From a virus (Duplodnaviria > Caudoviricetes), in the IMG/VR virus record IMGVR_UViG_3300049780_000024, positions 1 to 45,157 of that record: a DNA stretch of 45,157 bases, one strand, 5' to 3'. The translations under genes were made by a program, and so were the position numbers. Of this stretch, positions 37,713 to 45,070 are shown in pieces. Numbering within the stretch: the stretch's first letter is position 1; every line of letters begins with the position of its first letter. The notes under the pieces were generated by a model. It saw only the letters and a list, made by a program, of their open reading frames with translations. It made no database searches and was not told the DNA's origin.

Positions 37713-38342
37713 TCAGCCGGTGATCTCGCCCGTGAACTCAGGGAAGTCCAGGTCGAAGTTCTCACTGTTCCGCTGCACCGTCACCACGATCTTCTTGCCG
37801 TACTTCGTTTCCAGCACGTGGTCAGCGTTCTTCGTAGCGGTCACACCCGGCGCCAGCCGGCCTTCGAGCGGCTGCGAGTCGTTCTCGAACATCGTGAACG
37901 CCGCCTCCCCGCCGTTCGTCGCCCCCTCCACGATGAGCGACAGGTCATCCAGGGCGACCGGCTCCTTGCCGCCGTTCTCCAGCTTCAACGTCACCCGGAA
38001 GTCGGTACTGCCGGGCTCTGGCGACTCCAGGAGGTCCTTGTTGAAGTCGGTGAACACCTTCGCGTCGACGACCGTGACCTTCAGCCCGTCGGGCCACTTG
38101 TAGGACTCGCCGAACTTCAGGCCCGTCGACTTCGCCTCCGTGCCGGAGTCGGTGCTGGCCTCGTCGGCGCAGTGCTCCATCCACTCGGACTGGTCGAGGG
38201 TCTGGTCCGTGCAGTCGACCTTCTTCGTCTTGCTGGCTGGCGCCTTTGACTTGGCCGACGAGCTGGCGCCGTTTCCGCCGCCACATGCGGTCAGAGCGGC
38301 CAGAAGCAGGGCAGCCGTGGCTGCAGCAGCGCGAACGCGCAT
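37713..38342 (-). CDS. Lipoprotein with Ig-like (DUF4352-like) domain
   Basis: Lipobox LTA-C; FGESYKWPDGLKVTV...LAPG pattern. Confidence 0.75.
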   Translation of the reverse strand: MRVRAAAATAALLLAALTACGGGNGASSSAKSKAPASKTKKVDCTDQTLDQSEWMEHCADEASTDSGTEAKSTGLKFGESYKWPDGLKVTVVDAKVFTDFNKDLLESPEPGSTDFRVTLKLENGGKEPVALDDLSLIVEGATNGGEAAFTMFENDSQPLEGRLAPGVTATKNADHVLETKYGKKIVVTVQRNSENFDLDFPEFTGEITG

Positions 38343-38514
38343 ATTTTCCCCCAAGGTTGAACGTCGGACCACCTTAGATCGCTTGTGGGGGAAGTGTGTG
38401 CAGCGTTCATCGAGTCGTGACCCGGACGGGGCAGAACTGTCGCGCGCTGGGGTGACGGCTGACTGGCTCAGCTCTCGATAACATGCCATACCATGGGCTC
38501 TGACCTGGGGCGTT

Positions 38515-38541
38515 ACATCTATGCCCATAGATGTGTACAGT
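38515..38541. promoter_or_regulatory. Perfect inverted repeat over the leaderless recombinase promoter (res/operator-like)
   Basis: ACATCTATG-CC-CATAGATGT, then TACAGT -10 six bases before ATG 38548. Confidence 0.6.
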
Positions 38542-38547
38542 GGCGCC

Positions 38548-39381
38548 ATGACGACCCCCCGCATCCCCACGCTCCGCCTGGTGTTGGTCCGCCGCGTCTC
38601 CACCGCCGGCCAGGCAGTCGACGGCTACGGCCTCCCCGCCCAGGAAGCCGACTGCCGGAAGTGGGCCAAGGGCCAGACCGCCCCCCGCGTGCGGATCGTC
38701 CACATGGTCACGGACGGGGACGGCAAGGCCGGGAAGTCGGGCACGACGCTGCTCGACGAACGGCCCGGGCTCATGGAGGCCGTGGAGTGGATCGCAGAGG
38801 GCAAGGCAGACGGGATCCTCGCCCCGAATCTCGACCGGCTCGCCCGTGAGCTCACCGTGCAGGAAGCCGTGCTCTCCTACGTCTGGGCCCTGGGTGGCCA
38901 GGTGTTCACCGCCGACCACGGCGAGCACCTGGAGGACGACGCGTCCGACCCCATGCGCACGGCCATGCGGCAGATGCGCGGCGTCTTCCACCAGCTCGAC
39001 CGCGGACTCATCATCAAGCGGCTCACCGAGGGCCGCGCGGCCAAGGGCGAGCGCGGCGGCTACGCCTACGGAGCCCCCCGGTTCGGACAGCGCGTAGAGG
39101 ACAAGGAACTCAGCGCCGACGAGCGGGAGAACGCCATCGCCGAGGAGATGGAGCGTTGGCGTGACGAAGAGGGCCTCAGCGTCCGGGCTATCTGCGCCCG
39201 CGCCAACGCTCGGGATGACATGCCCTCCAAACGCGGCGGAAAGTGGCACCCGACCACCGTGCAACGGCTGCTATCTCCAGAGGCGCGGGAGAAGGCGCGG
39301 GAGCAGTCAGCCAGGGCTCGCGCCGACCGGAAGGAGCAGAAGCGTCGAGAGCGTGCGGCTCGCCTGCTTGCCCAACGCTGA
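38548..39381 (+). CDS. Serine recombinase (resolvase catalytic domain plus short recombinase domain)
   Basis: RVST catalytic Ser, RPGL, DRLAR, G..PRFG, GKWHPTTV; no zinc ribbon. Confidence 0.88.
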   Translation: MTTPRIPTLRLVLVRRVSTAGQAVDGYGLPAQEADCRKWAKGQTAPRVRIVHMVTDGDGKAGKSGTTLLDERPGLMEAVEWIAEGKADGILAPNLDRLARELTVQEAVLSYVWALGGQVFTADHGEHLEDDASDPMRTAMRQMRGVFHQLDRGLIIKRLTEGRAAKGERGGYAYGAPRFGQRVEDKELSADERENAIAEEMERWRDEEGLSVRAICARANARDDMPSKRGGKWHPTTVQRLLSPEAREKAREQSARARADRKEQKRRERAARLLAQR

Positions 39382-39405
39382 CGCCGCCCCCGTGCCACAC
39401 TGGCC

Positions 39406-39443
39406 GCAGGCCCCGCCGGGCTCCCCCGTCTCGGCGGGGTCTG
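39406..39443. terminator. Hairpin between convergent genes
   Basis: GCAGGCCCCGCCGGG / CTCGGCGGGGTCTGT. Confidence 0.6.
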
Positions 39444-39448
39444 TGCTG

Positions 39449-39886
39449 CTAGCCGCCCATCTGCCTGGTGATCACCGCAGAGGCGACGTCGACGAAGACG
39501 TTGCGAGCGACGTCACCAGCGGATGTCGCGAGCTCGCGGAGTCGGCCGCGACGTTCCGGGTCGGGCTCCTCGTCCGCGGCAGCCTGCAGGCGTTGCGCGA
39601 CCTCGTCGACAAACTGCTCAGCAGTGGGCCACTGGCCGACGAGGCGGCGAGCGTCACCGGACACGCTGCTCACGTGCCAGGTTCCGGGGCCGCCAGCCGA
39701 TTTCCCGAGCTCGATCAAGTGATCGCTCTCCAGGGCAAGGGCGGCCTTGCCGACCTCATTGACTTCGAGCCCGGTCAGCTCGGCAATGTCTCGCAGCTCC
39801 GGGTACAGCGCCCCAACGGCATCGTCAAGGTACTTCACCATCGCGTCCAGTACGGGCAGGTCGCGGTTCGCCCACGTGTTGTCCAT
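39449..39886 (-). CDS. Hypothetical protein with winged-helix-like N-terminus
   Basis: LRDIAELTGLEVNEVGKAALAL; leaderless TACCGT -10. Confidence 0.7.
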   Translation of the reverse strand: MDNTWANRDLPVLDAMVKYLDDAVGALYPELRDIAELTGLEVNEVGKAALALESDHLIELGKSAGGPGTWHVSSVSGDARRLVGQWPTAEQFVDEVAQRLQAAADEEPDPERRGRLRELATSAGDVARNVFVDVASAVITRQMGG

Positions 39887-40008
39887 GTAGGGACGGTAGG
39901 GGGCACGTGGCCCCGTCGGCGCGTGAAACGCAGAGATCTCCGCTCGCGTGCAGACTGCCCAAGCCGCTCGTAGGCTGGTGCTGCTCGGGGCTACTGCGGA
40001 GGTACCCC

Positions 40009-40917
40009 ATGCCCCGAACCGTGTGGTCAGGAGCCATCAGCTTCGGTCTCGTGACCGTGCCGATCAACGTGCAGTCCGCTACCGAGGACCACTCCGTGCG
40101 CTTCCACCAGTACCACCTGGAGGACATGGGCCGGGTACGGGTGCGCAAGTACTGCGAGGTCGAGGACCGCGAGGTCACCAGCAGCGAGATCGGCAAGGGC
40201 TACGAACTGAGCAAGACGCAGGTCATCCCGATCAGCGACGAGGAGCTGCGCGACCTGCCCCTTCCGACGGCGAAGGCGATCGAGATCGCCGCGTTCGTGC
40301 CGCTCGACTCCGTCGACCCGATCCGGATCGGCGAGGGCTACTACCTCCAGCCGTCCGGCCAGGTCGCGGCCAAGCCGTACAAGCTCCTCGCCATGGCCCT
40401 TGCCCGCTCCTCCAAGGTCGCCGTCGCCAAATACGCCTGGAGCGGCAGGGAAAGGCTGGGCCTGCTCCGGGTCCGCGACAACGTGATCGTGCTGCACGCC
40501 ATGCGCTGGCCCGACGAGATCCGCGACCCCGCAGAGCTCCTCCCGCCGCCGGTGGAGCTGTCCGACGACGAGATCGACGGCGCGCTCGCCCTCATGGACT
40601 CCATGACACGCGAGGACCTCGAGGACCCGGAGTTCCGCGACACCTATACCGAGGCCATCGAGCAGATCATCGAGGCCAAGCGGGAGCACCGTGAACCGCC
40701 CGCCATGCCGGAGCCGGAGCAGAAGCCGGGCCAGATCGTCGACCTGATGGCTGCCCTTCAGGAGTCCGTGCAGAAAGCGCGGGTCTCGCGCGGCGAGGAC
40801 GCCGACGTGCACGAGATGCCGAAGAAGAAGACCGCGAAGAAGCAGCCGGCCAAGAAGACCTCCGCCAAGAAGACCGCCGCGAAGAAGGCGGCAGGCCGCA
40901 AGCCGCGCAGCGCCTAG
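40009..40917 (+). CDS. ku: Ku DNA end-binding protein
   Basis: WSGAISFGLVTVP, KGYE, YYLQP, VDLMAAL; Lys-rich tail. Confidence 0.95.
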   Translation: MPRTVWSGAISFGLVTVPINVQSATEDHSVRFHQYHLEDMGRVRVRKYCEVEDREVTSSEIGKGYELSKTQVIPISDEELRDLPLPTAKAIEIAAFVPLDSVDPIRIGEGYYLQPSGQVAAKPYKLLAMALARSSKVAVAKYAWSGRERLGLLRVRDNVIVLHAMRWPDEIRDPAELLPPPVELSDDEIDGALALMDSMTREDLEDPEFRDTYTEAIEQIIEAKREHREPPAMPEPEQKPGQIVDLMAALQESVQKARVSRGEDADVHEMPKKKTAKKQPAKKTSAKKTAAKKAAGRKPRSA

Positions 40918-41249
40918 TCCAGGAAGCCCAGCTCGCTGTCCGGGCGGCACGCGCCGCAAGCCCTCACCCCGTCGGCGAGCGCCCGCAGCGCCTCGTCCCG
41001 CCGGATGCCCTTGTGTCGCTTCCCCGCGTTCCAGCAGTCACCGACGTGCACCTGCACGGGCGGGCTGTCCCGGTTGAGTCCGAGCTCGATGAGCCAGTCG
41101 GGCGCGGGCGGCCGGGCTTCGATGCCGCGCTGCCGCTCCTGCTCTCGCGTCTCGGCCGCCTTGATGGCTCGCTGCACCTGGTCGAGGGTGAGCTGGAGCC
41201 ACGTCTCCAGGGTGCGGAGGCGGGGCAGGTCAGGCGGCAGGTCGGTCAC
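40914..41249 (-). CDS. DUF6233-like protein
   Basis: VHVGDCW...ACGACRPD; leaderless TAGAAT -10. Confidence 0.75.
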   Translation of the reverse strand: MTDLPPDLPRLRTLETWLQLTLDQVQRAIKAAETREQERQRGIEARPPAPDWLIELGLNRDSPPVQVHVGDCWNAGKRHKGIRRDEALRALADGVRACGACRPDSELGFLD

Positions 41250-41266
41250 GTGTTCGATTCTATGAT
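41242..41266. promoter_or_regulatory. LexA/SOS-box-like site over back-to-back leaderless promoters
   Basis: TCGGTC-ACGT-GTTCGA versus the actinobacterial consensus TCGAAC-N4-GTTCGA; TAGAAT (-) and TATGAT (+). Confidence 0.55.
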
Positions 41267-41273
41267 GGTGGGC

Positions 41274-41480
41274 GTGACCAGCAACAGCACCCCCGACCGC
41301 TACCACCTCACCCTCACCTCCGACGGCCGCCCGGCCATGCAGGGCTGGTGGGGCAAGGAGACCGTCGCCCGCGGGAAGATGACGTCCTGGATCGGGCACT
41401 GGGGCCGCCCGGGCGCGCGCATCACCCTCGTCGACGAGGACACCGGCGCCGTGTTGACGACCTGGCCGGACGAGGCATGA
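41274..41480 (+). CDS. Hypothetical protein (68 aa)
   Basis: Leaderless GTG after TATGAT; Trp-rich. Confidence 0.65.
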   Translation: MTSNSTPDRYHLTLTSDGRPAMQGWWGKETVARGKMTSWIGHWGRPGARITLVDEDTGAVLTTWPDEA

Positions 41481-41501
41481 TCTGCTGGCATGCTGGGGAT
41501 C

Positions 41502-41672
41502 ATGGCCCACCGCCCCTACCCGGTCCCCGAGCGTGCCCTGCGGCAGATCATGCGCCGGCACCGCAACGAACTCCCGCCGCACTTGCTGCCTGTCGGCCGC
41601 CCGCCGCAGGGTCCTGTCGGCGCCTACGTGCTGTCGACGCGACGCCTCAGCCTTGTCAGTGGCCCTTCGTAG
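41502..41672 (+). CDS. Small basic hypothetical protein
   Basis: MAHRPYP...; CATGCT -10-like element upstream. Confidence 0.45.
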   Translation: MAHRPYPVPERALRQIMRRHRNELPPHLLPVGRPPQGPVGAYVLSTRRLSLVSGPS

Positions 41673-41675
41673 CAT
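41653..41675 (+). promoter_or_regulatory. RecA-NDp/PafBC-type DNA-damage promoter
   Basis: TTGTCAGTGGC-N6-TAGCAT. Confidence 0.65.
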
Positions 41676-41758
41676 GGGCTCATCACTGTTCGTGTCTGTG
41701 GCGCGGGCACTTGAATGGCGCCCCGTCGGTGGTCACGCACCAGCGGGGCGTCGCGGTG

Positions 41759-41962
41759 TCAGCCCTCGGCGGGCGCATGCCGCACGGTCCGCTTGAGCGC
41801 CATCTCCACGTCGTAGCGCGACATGCCAACGGCCTCGGCGTGGGCGGTGATGGCGTCCTGCACGGCGTTGGCGGTGGCGACGGTGAGCCGCCCGGCCCGG
41901 TGCTCCTCCCAGGCGGCGCGCTCCAGGGCTATCAGGTCGTCGGGGAACTCGATGTCGCTCAC
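41759..41962 (-). CDS. Hypothetical protein (67 aa)
   Basis: Leaderless GTG after TAAGAT; protein-like composition. Confidence 0.65.
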   Translation of the reverse strand: MSDIEFPDDLIALERAAWEEHRAGRLTVATANAVQDAITAHAEAVGMSRYDVEMALKRTVRHAPAEG

Positions 41963-42007
41963 GAGCCAGGATCTTATGACAGCAGCGGGCGTATCTTTCC
42001 TAGTCCA

Positions 42008-42042
42008 TCTTGATTGCCAATCAAGAACGGCTATCTTGATGG
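42008..42042. promoter_or_regulatory. Operator palindrome over a leaderless promoter
   Basis: TCTTGATTG-C-CAATCAAGA plus a third half-site ATCTTGAT; TTGATT...TATCTT. Confidence 0.6.
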
Positions 42043-42043
42043 C

Positions 42044-42193
42044 ATGAAGTCCTACACAGTGACGATCCGCGTAGAGATCGACGATGAAGACCGAGACGAG
42101 ATCGGTGAGCAGCAGGTCCGCGACCTGTTCTACGACGCGGGTGGCGACATGCCGTTCAGCTTCGACATTGCCGAGATCAAGGAAAGCCAGTGA
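42044..42193 (+). CDS. 49-aa acidic protein
   Basis: MKSYTVTIRVEIDDED...; GTGA overlap with next gene; not in ORF track. Confidence 0.6.
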   Translation: MKSYTVTIRVEIDDEDRDEIGEQQVRDLFYDAGGDMPFSFDIAEIKESQ

Positions 42194-42486
42194 GCGACGA
42201 CCGACTCCTCCCGACCGGCACCTGCTGGTGCGGCTGCGGCACTAGCACTGCCATCGGCAGCTTCTTCTCGCGCGGACACGACAAGGTCGCCGAAGCCGCG
42301 CTCCTCGCGGTCCGCTACGAATCCTCCGTCGCCCGCCTCCTCGAACATCACGGCTTCGGCCCTGGCAAGTCCGTGCTGGAAGCGGCTGTTGAGGAAGGCG
42401 GCTGGGAAGAGTGCACCTACTGCGAGTACGCCGGAGCGCCACTCAGCATCCGCAACCACATCCGCAAGACCCACGAAAAGAAGTGA
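42190..42486 (+). CDS. Zinc-finger protein (CxCGCG..GHD plus C2H2)
   Basis: CWCGCG...FSRGHD; CTYC...HIRKTH. Confidence 0.75.
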   Translation: MSDDRLLPTGTCWCGCGTSTAIGSFFSRGHDKVAEAALLAVRYESSVARLLEHHGFGPGKSVLEAAVEEGGWEECTYCEYAGAPLSIRNHIRKTHEKK

Positions 42487-42497
42487 GGACACCAACC

Positions 42498-42677
42498 ATG
42501 CCGATCACTGCCACCTATGAAGTGAAATGTGACGTCTGCTGGGGCGTCATGGACGGGGCCTACGAAACCCGCGAGGACGCCGACACGGCACGCTTGGAGC
42601 TGGGTTGGGTCGACCCGAACGGCGGGACCGCCTGCCCCGAGCACAACACCGCCGCCGACCGGGTCGCCGAGCAGTGA
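42498..42677 (+). CDS. Small Zn-binding protein
   Basis: CDVC...GW...CPEH; GAGGA RBS. Confidence 0.7.
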   Translation: MPITATYEVKCDVCWGVMDGAYETREDADTARLELGWVDPNGGTACPEHNTAADRVAEQ

Positions 42678-42698
42678 GGCTCTGAGCCTGCACGTAGA

Positions 42699-42731
42699 AG
42701 CGCCCCGGCCAGGATCAGTGGCCGGGGCGCT
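42699..42731. terminator. Bidirectional hairpin
   Basis: AGCGCCCCGGCCA / TGGCCGGGGCGCT. Confidence 0.7.
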
Positions 42732-42742
42732 CGCGTGTCAGC

Positions 42743-42913
42743 CTACGCCGCCTCGACGACGTCCCCGCGCTCCACCCGCCGCAGCTCCGCACACAGCCGC
42801 CCGTACTCCTCCCGCTGCTCCGCCGTCAACGGCACCGCAGGATGCGACCACAGCGCGCGGATGAGCTCGTTCAGCTCGGCCGCAGACCGCGACGGCGGGG
42901 GAGAGGTGGGCAT
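42743..42913 (-). CDS. 56-aa helical protein
   Basis: MPTSPPPSRSAAELNELIRALW...; leaderless after a RecA-NDp-like promoter; not in ORF track. Confidence 0.65.
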   Translation of the reverse strand: MPTSPPPSRSAAELNELIRALWSHPAVPLTAEQREEYGRLCAELRRVERGDVVEAA

Positions 42914-42920
42914 GCCGATC

Positions 42921-42942
42921 AGGGTAGTGCTCCCCTCTGACA
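42921..42942 (-). promoter_or_regulatory. RecA-NDp/PafBC-type promoter
   Basis: TGTCAG-N10-TACCCT, ATG 7 nt downstream. Confidence 0.6.
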
Positions 42943-42947
42943 GCGGG

Positions 42948-43193
42948 CTATGACTTCGGCGGCTGCGGCAGTTCCGTGACGAACGTGCCGATCCCCGGCT
43001 GCATCTCCGCCAGGCCCGCCTTCCGCAGCTCTGTCAACACACGCTTCGCGGTCACCTGGCTGATCCCGAACTCGTCGCAGATCCCCATCGCGGACGGGAG
43101 CCGGCTCTCGGGCGGGTAGGTGCCGTCGAGGATGCGCTCGGACATCACGGCATACACCTGCCGCCACCTCGGAATCTCCGGCTCCCACTTCAT
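42948..43193 (-). CDS. Stand-alone GntR winged-helix regulator
   Basis: G.YPP.SRLPS...EFGIS..T....L..L...GL....PG.GTFV. Confidence 0.85.
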   Translation of the reverse strand: MKWEPEIPRWRQVYAVMSERILDGTYPPESRLPSAMGICDEFGISQVTAKRVLTELRKAGLAEMQPGIGTFVTELPQPPKS

Positions 43194-43323
43194 GATCCCG
43201 AAGCTAGGGCGGCCCACCCGGCTACGCGAGATCAGACGACCCATACGACCTATACCGCCTATCCCGCAGCGGTACCCTGCAATTGCAGGACCCCCGCGAC
43301 CGGCGGCACACCGGCCCGGGGGC

Positions 43324-43563
43324 ATGGCCGACGAACGGAGCGTCGACGTGGACGAGGGTAGAGACCATCCCCCCGCGGCAGGAAGCGGGCCGCCCATAGC
43401 TGGCGAGCTCAGCCCCGTTCAGCGCGCCTACGGCCGGTACGCCAGCCACTTCCTCAAGTGCTCGAGCTGTCGAGACATCGACAGCTCCTGCGCCGACGGT
43501 GGGCAGCTGTGGCGGGATTACGAGGCCACCAGCGATGCCGTCGGCCGGCTGATGCGCGGCTAA
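43324..43563 (+). CDS. Small Cys/His protein
   Basis: H...CSSC...C..G..L; divergent from the GntR gene. Confidence 0.55.
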   Translation: MADERSVDVDEGRDHPPAAGSGPPIAGELSPVQRAYGRYASHFLKCSSCRDIDSSCADGGQLWRDYEATSDAVGRLMRG

Positions 43564-43807
43564 CCGGGGCAACTGGCCGGTAGCAATACGCGCGGTTTCG
43601 GCCACCGGTCAGGCGTAGGTGAGCCTCACCTGACGGCGGTGACCTGCACCGACGCAGGAACGTTTGGCCAACGCCTGACCTGCGGTTACGGAAACGCACC
43701 GGCCATCAACAGAAAGTGCGAGAATATGCATAAGACATCTTCCGCCAGGGCCGAAACTCAGCTTTACTCCTGATTCCAGGCGCCCCACACGCCCGGTCCG
43801 AAAGCGC

Positions 43808-44434
43808 TCACTTCAGCGTGGGCGCCAGACGGATCAGCCAGCGATCCATCGGCAGAATCAGGTCAGCAGTCTCCAGGGGGCGGCGGTGTACGTCGAAGCG
43901 GGTGCGCACCACACGGAACGCCACGGCGTCCACGAGGAGCCCCAGCGCGTGCGCCTGCTCCTCCGCCAGCTCCACCGCACCCACCTCGGCAGTGAACGAC
44001 GCGTGCGGCCGGCGCTGGCCACGCCACCACGACGACACCAGCATCGCCGACCTGCCGCCCGGATCCAGGCACTCCACCGTCTCGTGCCGCAGGCTCGCAC
44101 CCACACGGACGCCAAGCCGTTCTGCAAGCTCTTCCGTGGCGGGGCGCGGGCGGGTGTCGGTGGTCTCGCTGGAGAACGGCCAGGGAGCGTCAGCGTCCGT
44201 GAGGGTGCGCATAGCAGGAGGATGCGCCACATAGACGGCTCTTCGCTCCTCGCCCTCCAAAACGCCGGTACGGCGCAGGAGAACGTAGGCGAGGCGAACG
44301 GTCTGAGGGTGCACGCCGAGTTCGGCAGCTAGCTCGGCGCGAGAAGGCAGGGGCTCGCCCGGCCGCCATTCCCCGGCGGCGATGCGGCGACGGATGTCGG
44401 CAGCGATGCGCCGATGGCGCGCAAGCTCCGGCAT
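43808..44434 (-). CDS. GntR-family regulator with degenerate UTRA-like C-terminus (KorSA/TraR-like)
   Basis: IAADIRRRIAAGEWRPGEPLPSRAELA; C-terminal RPLETADLILPMDRW; alternative GTG start at 44440. Confidence 0.8.
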   Translation of the reverse strand: MPELARHRRIAADIRRRIAAGEWRPGEPLPSRAELAAELGVHPQTVRLAYVLLRRTGVLEGEERRAVYVAHPPAMRTLTDADAPWPFSSETTDTRPRPATEELAERLGVRVGASLRHETVECLDPGGRSAMLVSSWWRGQRRPHASFTAEVGAVELAEEQAHALGLLVDAVAFRVVRTRFDVHRRPLETADLILPMDRWLIRLAPTLK

Positions 44435-44490
44435 CGACACCCCCGCCGACGATCATGACGTGGAGTCAGACGCTATGAGGCGGCTCGGAA

Positions 44491-44506
44491 GCTGGATATA
44501 TCCAGC
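44491..44506. promoter_or_regulatory. Perfect 16-bp palindrome upstream of the GntR gene (candidate operator)
   Basis: GCTGGATA-TATCCAGC. Confidence 0.55.
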
Positions 44507-44821
44507 CTGAGGTTCGTCGGAGCGGGCAACTGAACAGAGGGATTCGGCACTGCGGGGTTCAGGTCCCCGGGGCGCCGATAGGCCCAGCTGCCACGGCCCA
44601 CCGCACCCCCCTTGGGGGGCTAGGCAGCAGGGCGGGGAGGTACCCGACAACACAGGTCGCGTATCCACCCGAACGAGTGAACTAGTCCCCGTGCTTCACG
44701 TGGGGCGATGCTCGTTGAACACAGAAGCCGGCCCCGGTCTCCGTCCATCGCCTCCAAGGGCGTCCCCAGGAGACCGGGGCCGGCGCTCTGTTGTACGCCG
44801 CCGTAGGGCCCAGTCTGCCAC

Positions 44822-44975
44822 TGGGAAACAAGTGGGAAATGATCATGCGCACACATGCCCACACATGAACACAGATGAAGCCTCAATCACGGTGAAGTGC
44901 CAGCTAGAGAAGCTGGGCAACTTCAAAGGGCAAGGTGAGCGGATCACCCGAACAGGTCACATGAAGAAGTCGTAG
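44822..44975. other. Probable attR with arm-type repeats
   Basis: TGGGAAA twice, three 10-bp ATGnnCACAS repeats, then the junction with the host gene at ~44960. Confidence 0.65.
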
Positions 44976-45070
44976 TACTCCAGGGCGCTGCCGATCCAGG
45001 CGGCGGTGGCGGCCTTCCTGGGCTGACCGGGCGGGGCGGCGGACCCTGAGGGCATGGCGGGGACGGACAC
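44957..45070 (-). pseudogene. 5' fragment of a host MHS-family MFS transporter interrupted by the prophage
   Basis: GAAGGAG RBS; ...RKAATAAWIGSALEYYDFF-M-stop, where the family motif EYYDFFIYG would continue. Confidence 0.8.

Larger units (their letters stand above)
1..44960. mobile_element. Integrated Streptomyces-type siphovirus prophage with AICE/plasmid-like transfer module (left end outside window)
   Basis: Co-linear terminase-portal-head-tail-lysis gene order; right boundary marked by a truncated host MFS gene and att-arm-like repeats at 44.8-44.97 kb. Confidence 0.9.

Noticed and set aside
38548-39381. Serine recombinase as the prophage integrase
   Set aside because: Too short, lacks the integrase C-terminal zinc/coiled-coil domain and is not adjacent to att; not formally excluded
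40820-40917. Tandem AAGAAG-rich repeats
   Set aside because: Simply encode the usual Lys/Ala-rich Ku tail
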